Positions 62,601-64,000 of a DNA stretch of 64,000 nucleotides are shown piece by piece. Source of the DNA: Eledone cirrhosa. Its lineage: Eukaryota. The DNA lies in assembly GCA_964016885.1 (NCBI GenBank), contig OZ024740.1, forward strand, positions 364,312,001 through 364,376,000, written 5' to 3'. The position numbers were made by a program, and so were the translations under genes. The number at the start of each line of letters is the position of its first letter. The stretch's first letter is position 1. Below the pieces are notes generated by a model that was given only the letters and a program-made list of their open reading frames with translations, had not been told where the DNA came from and ran no database searches.

Positions 62601-63206
62601 CTCTTAACATCCTGTACCATGTCCAAATGCAGAGACAGGGCATGAATATCAAGGATTCAGTTGATAGATTGATAACTGATAACAATATTTTGCTTTTGAA
62701 AATGTGTGCGATGCATAAGATTTGTTACTAATTGCATTTATTTTATTATTAATATTTTTACATCATATTTTGAATCCACCTGGTTTTTTTTTTTTTTAGA
62801 TACTATGTCACAAATTAACAAACAGCATAATTTAACTGCATTATATTAACCTGTTAGAATTTATATTACTCTGTATTTACTATTATATTTTCACAGTAAA
62901 GGCTTTATCTTACATAATTATCTCATAATATCGAATCTATGAGATTTTTATATTATTTATTTTGAGAACAGTACCTTAACATCAGTATGAGTAGTAGATT
63001 ATGGCCGGTTTGAACAGAAAGAGGTGAGAGAATTTTGGCCGGATACGGCCAGTTTAAATGCTAAAGGGTTAAATAGGAATGCATTTTTGTTTAATATTAT
63101 AAATTTTTACACTAGTCTGTCTGCAAGTAAAGATATTGTTAACATTTCAATTAAGAAGCTCATTATTTTTTACATTTTTTGCTAAATTATTACAGGATGT
63201 TAAGAG
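62601..63206. mobile_element. Long family 2 MITE containing a family 1 copy (62850-63068)
   Basis: TTAA|CTCTTAACATCCTGTA ... TACAGGATGTTAAGAG; nested TTAA-flanked MITE. Confidence 0.8.
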
Positions 63207-63660
63207 TTAGATATGAATACTTTAATACAATAATTTTTCTGTTATAAAACTAAGGTGGCCTCAGGCAGCTTCGGATCAAATGAGTTAAAGAACTGTATAG
63301 AATTTGATAATAATCTTATAAGAAAACTACATGGTATGAAATACGATGAGTATAAATAAGCCATAACATTAGAATTTATAAATTGAAAATTTGTATAGCT
63401 CTTGATTTTATGGTTGAAACTAAGTGCAAGATACATGTGATAGCATTTCATGAATCACTAGAAGTTTAAGTGAGACTTCCCTCCTCTCTCTGACTGATAA
63501 TATATTAGTGTAATTGTGTTTTGTGAATAGTACATTTGGTATATCCTGCAGTAAGACTGAACAACTGTTTTACATGTAGATTGCTGCTATATCACTGGGT
63601 TGTGGGTGGGTGGTCTTTGTTGTTTTTATCTACCCACAAGGTGATAAGCGAGTGATTGAA

Positions 63661-63870
63661 TTGGTAGATTGGCAGAATCAGTAAAGCGTCAGACACTGCT
63701 TTGCAGCATAGAGTTACGGCCCTTTGCATTCTGAATTCAAATCCTGCTGAAGTTAGCTTTGCTTTTCATTCTTACGAGGTCGATAAAATAAAGTACCAGT
63801 AATGCACTGGGGTAGATTTCATCAACTTATCCTCCCCTAAAGTTGCTGACCTTGTGCCTAAATCAGAAAA
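63661..63870 (+). mobile_element. tRNA-derived SINE, long variant
   Basis: Head, B box, core and GTGCCTAAATCAGAAA end. Confidence 0.85.
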
Positions 63871-64000
63871 CATCATCTTTTCAAGTTGGCATAGGTTGGA
63901 TGGGCTGCCGCAGTTTGATACTAGTTGTGTCGGGAAGATCAGATTCTGCACACATGTTCCATGTTTTAGCATGGTTTCTATGGCTGGATGCCCATTCCTA

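Overview
AT-rich eukaryotic non-coding DNA made mostly of transposable elements and simple repeats. The repeat repertoire resembles Octopus/coleoid cephalopod DNA (recognition only, not verified). I found no intact host gene, RNA gene or CRISPR array. Retroelements: two young 5'-truncated RTE LINEs (one with RT and a PHD-like finger), older RTE remnants, a CR1 LINE with a scrambled 5' junction, an R4/Dong 3' fragment, a CRE-type restriction-like endonuclease fragment, and many tRNA-derived SINEs. DNA elements: two decayed Tc1/mariner transposases, two non-autonomous Helitrons, hAT, Tc-type and 8-bp-TSD MITEs, and three TTAA (piggyBac-type) MITE families, one with 18 copies. There is also a 48-bp minisatellite derived from the RTE/SINE 3' tail. 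Most notable observations: (1) a SINE-head / CRE-endonuclease / RTE-tail chimera at about 33.7-34.3 kb; (2) a young SINE whose target duplications begin with ATTAT and which hit the same nucleotide of one MITE family twice; (3) templated insertions at retrotransposon junctions; (4) a roughly 165-bp segment duplicated 33 kb away next to the 48-bp arrays. One weak host exon candidate (36129-36219) and a CpG-rich island (about 21.7-22.9 kb) remain unexplained.
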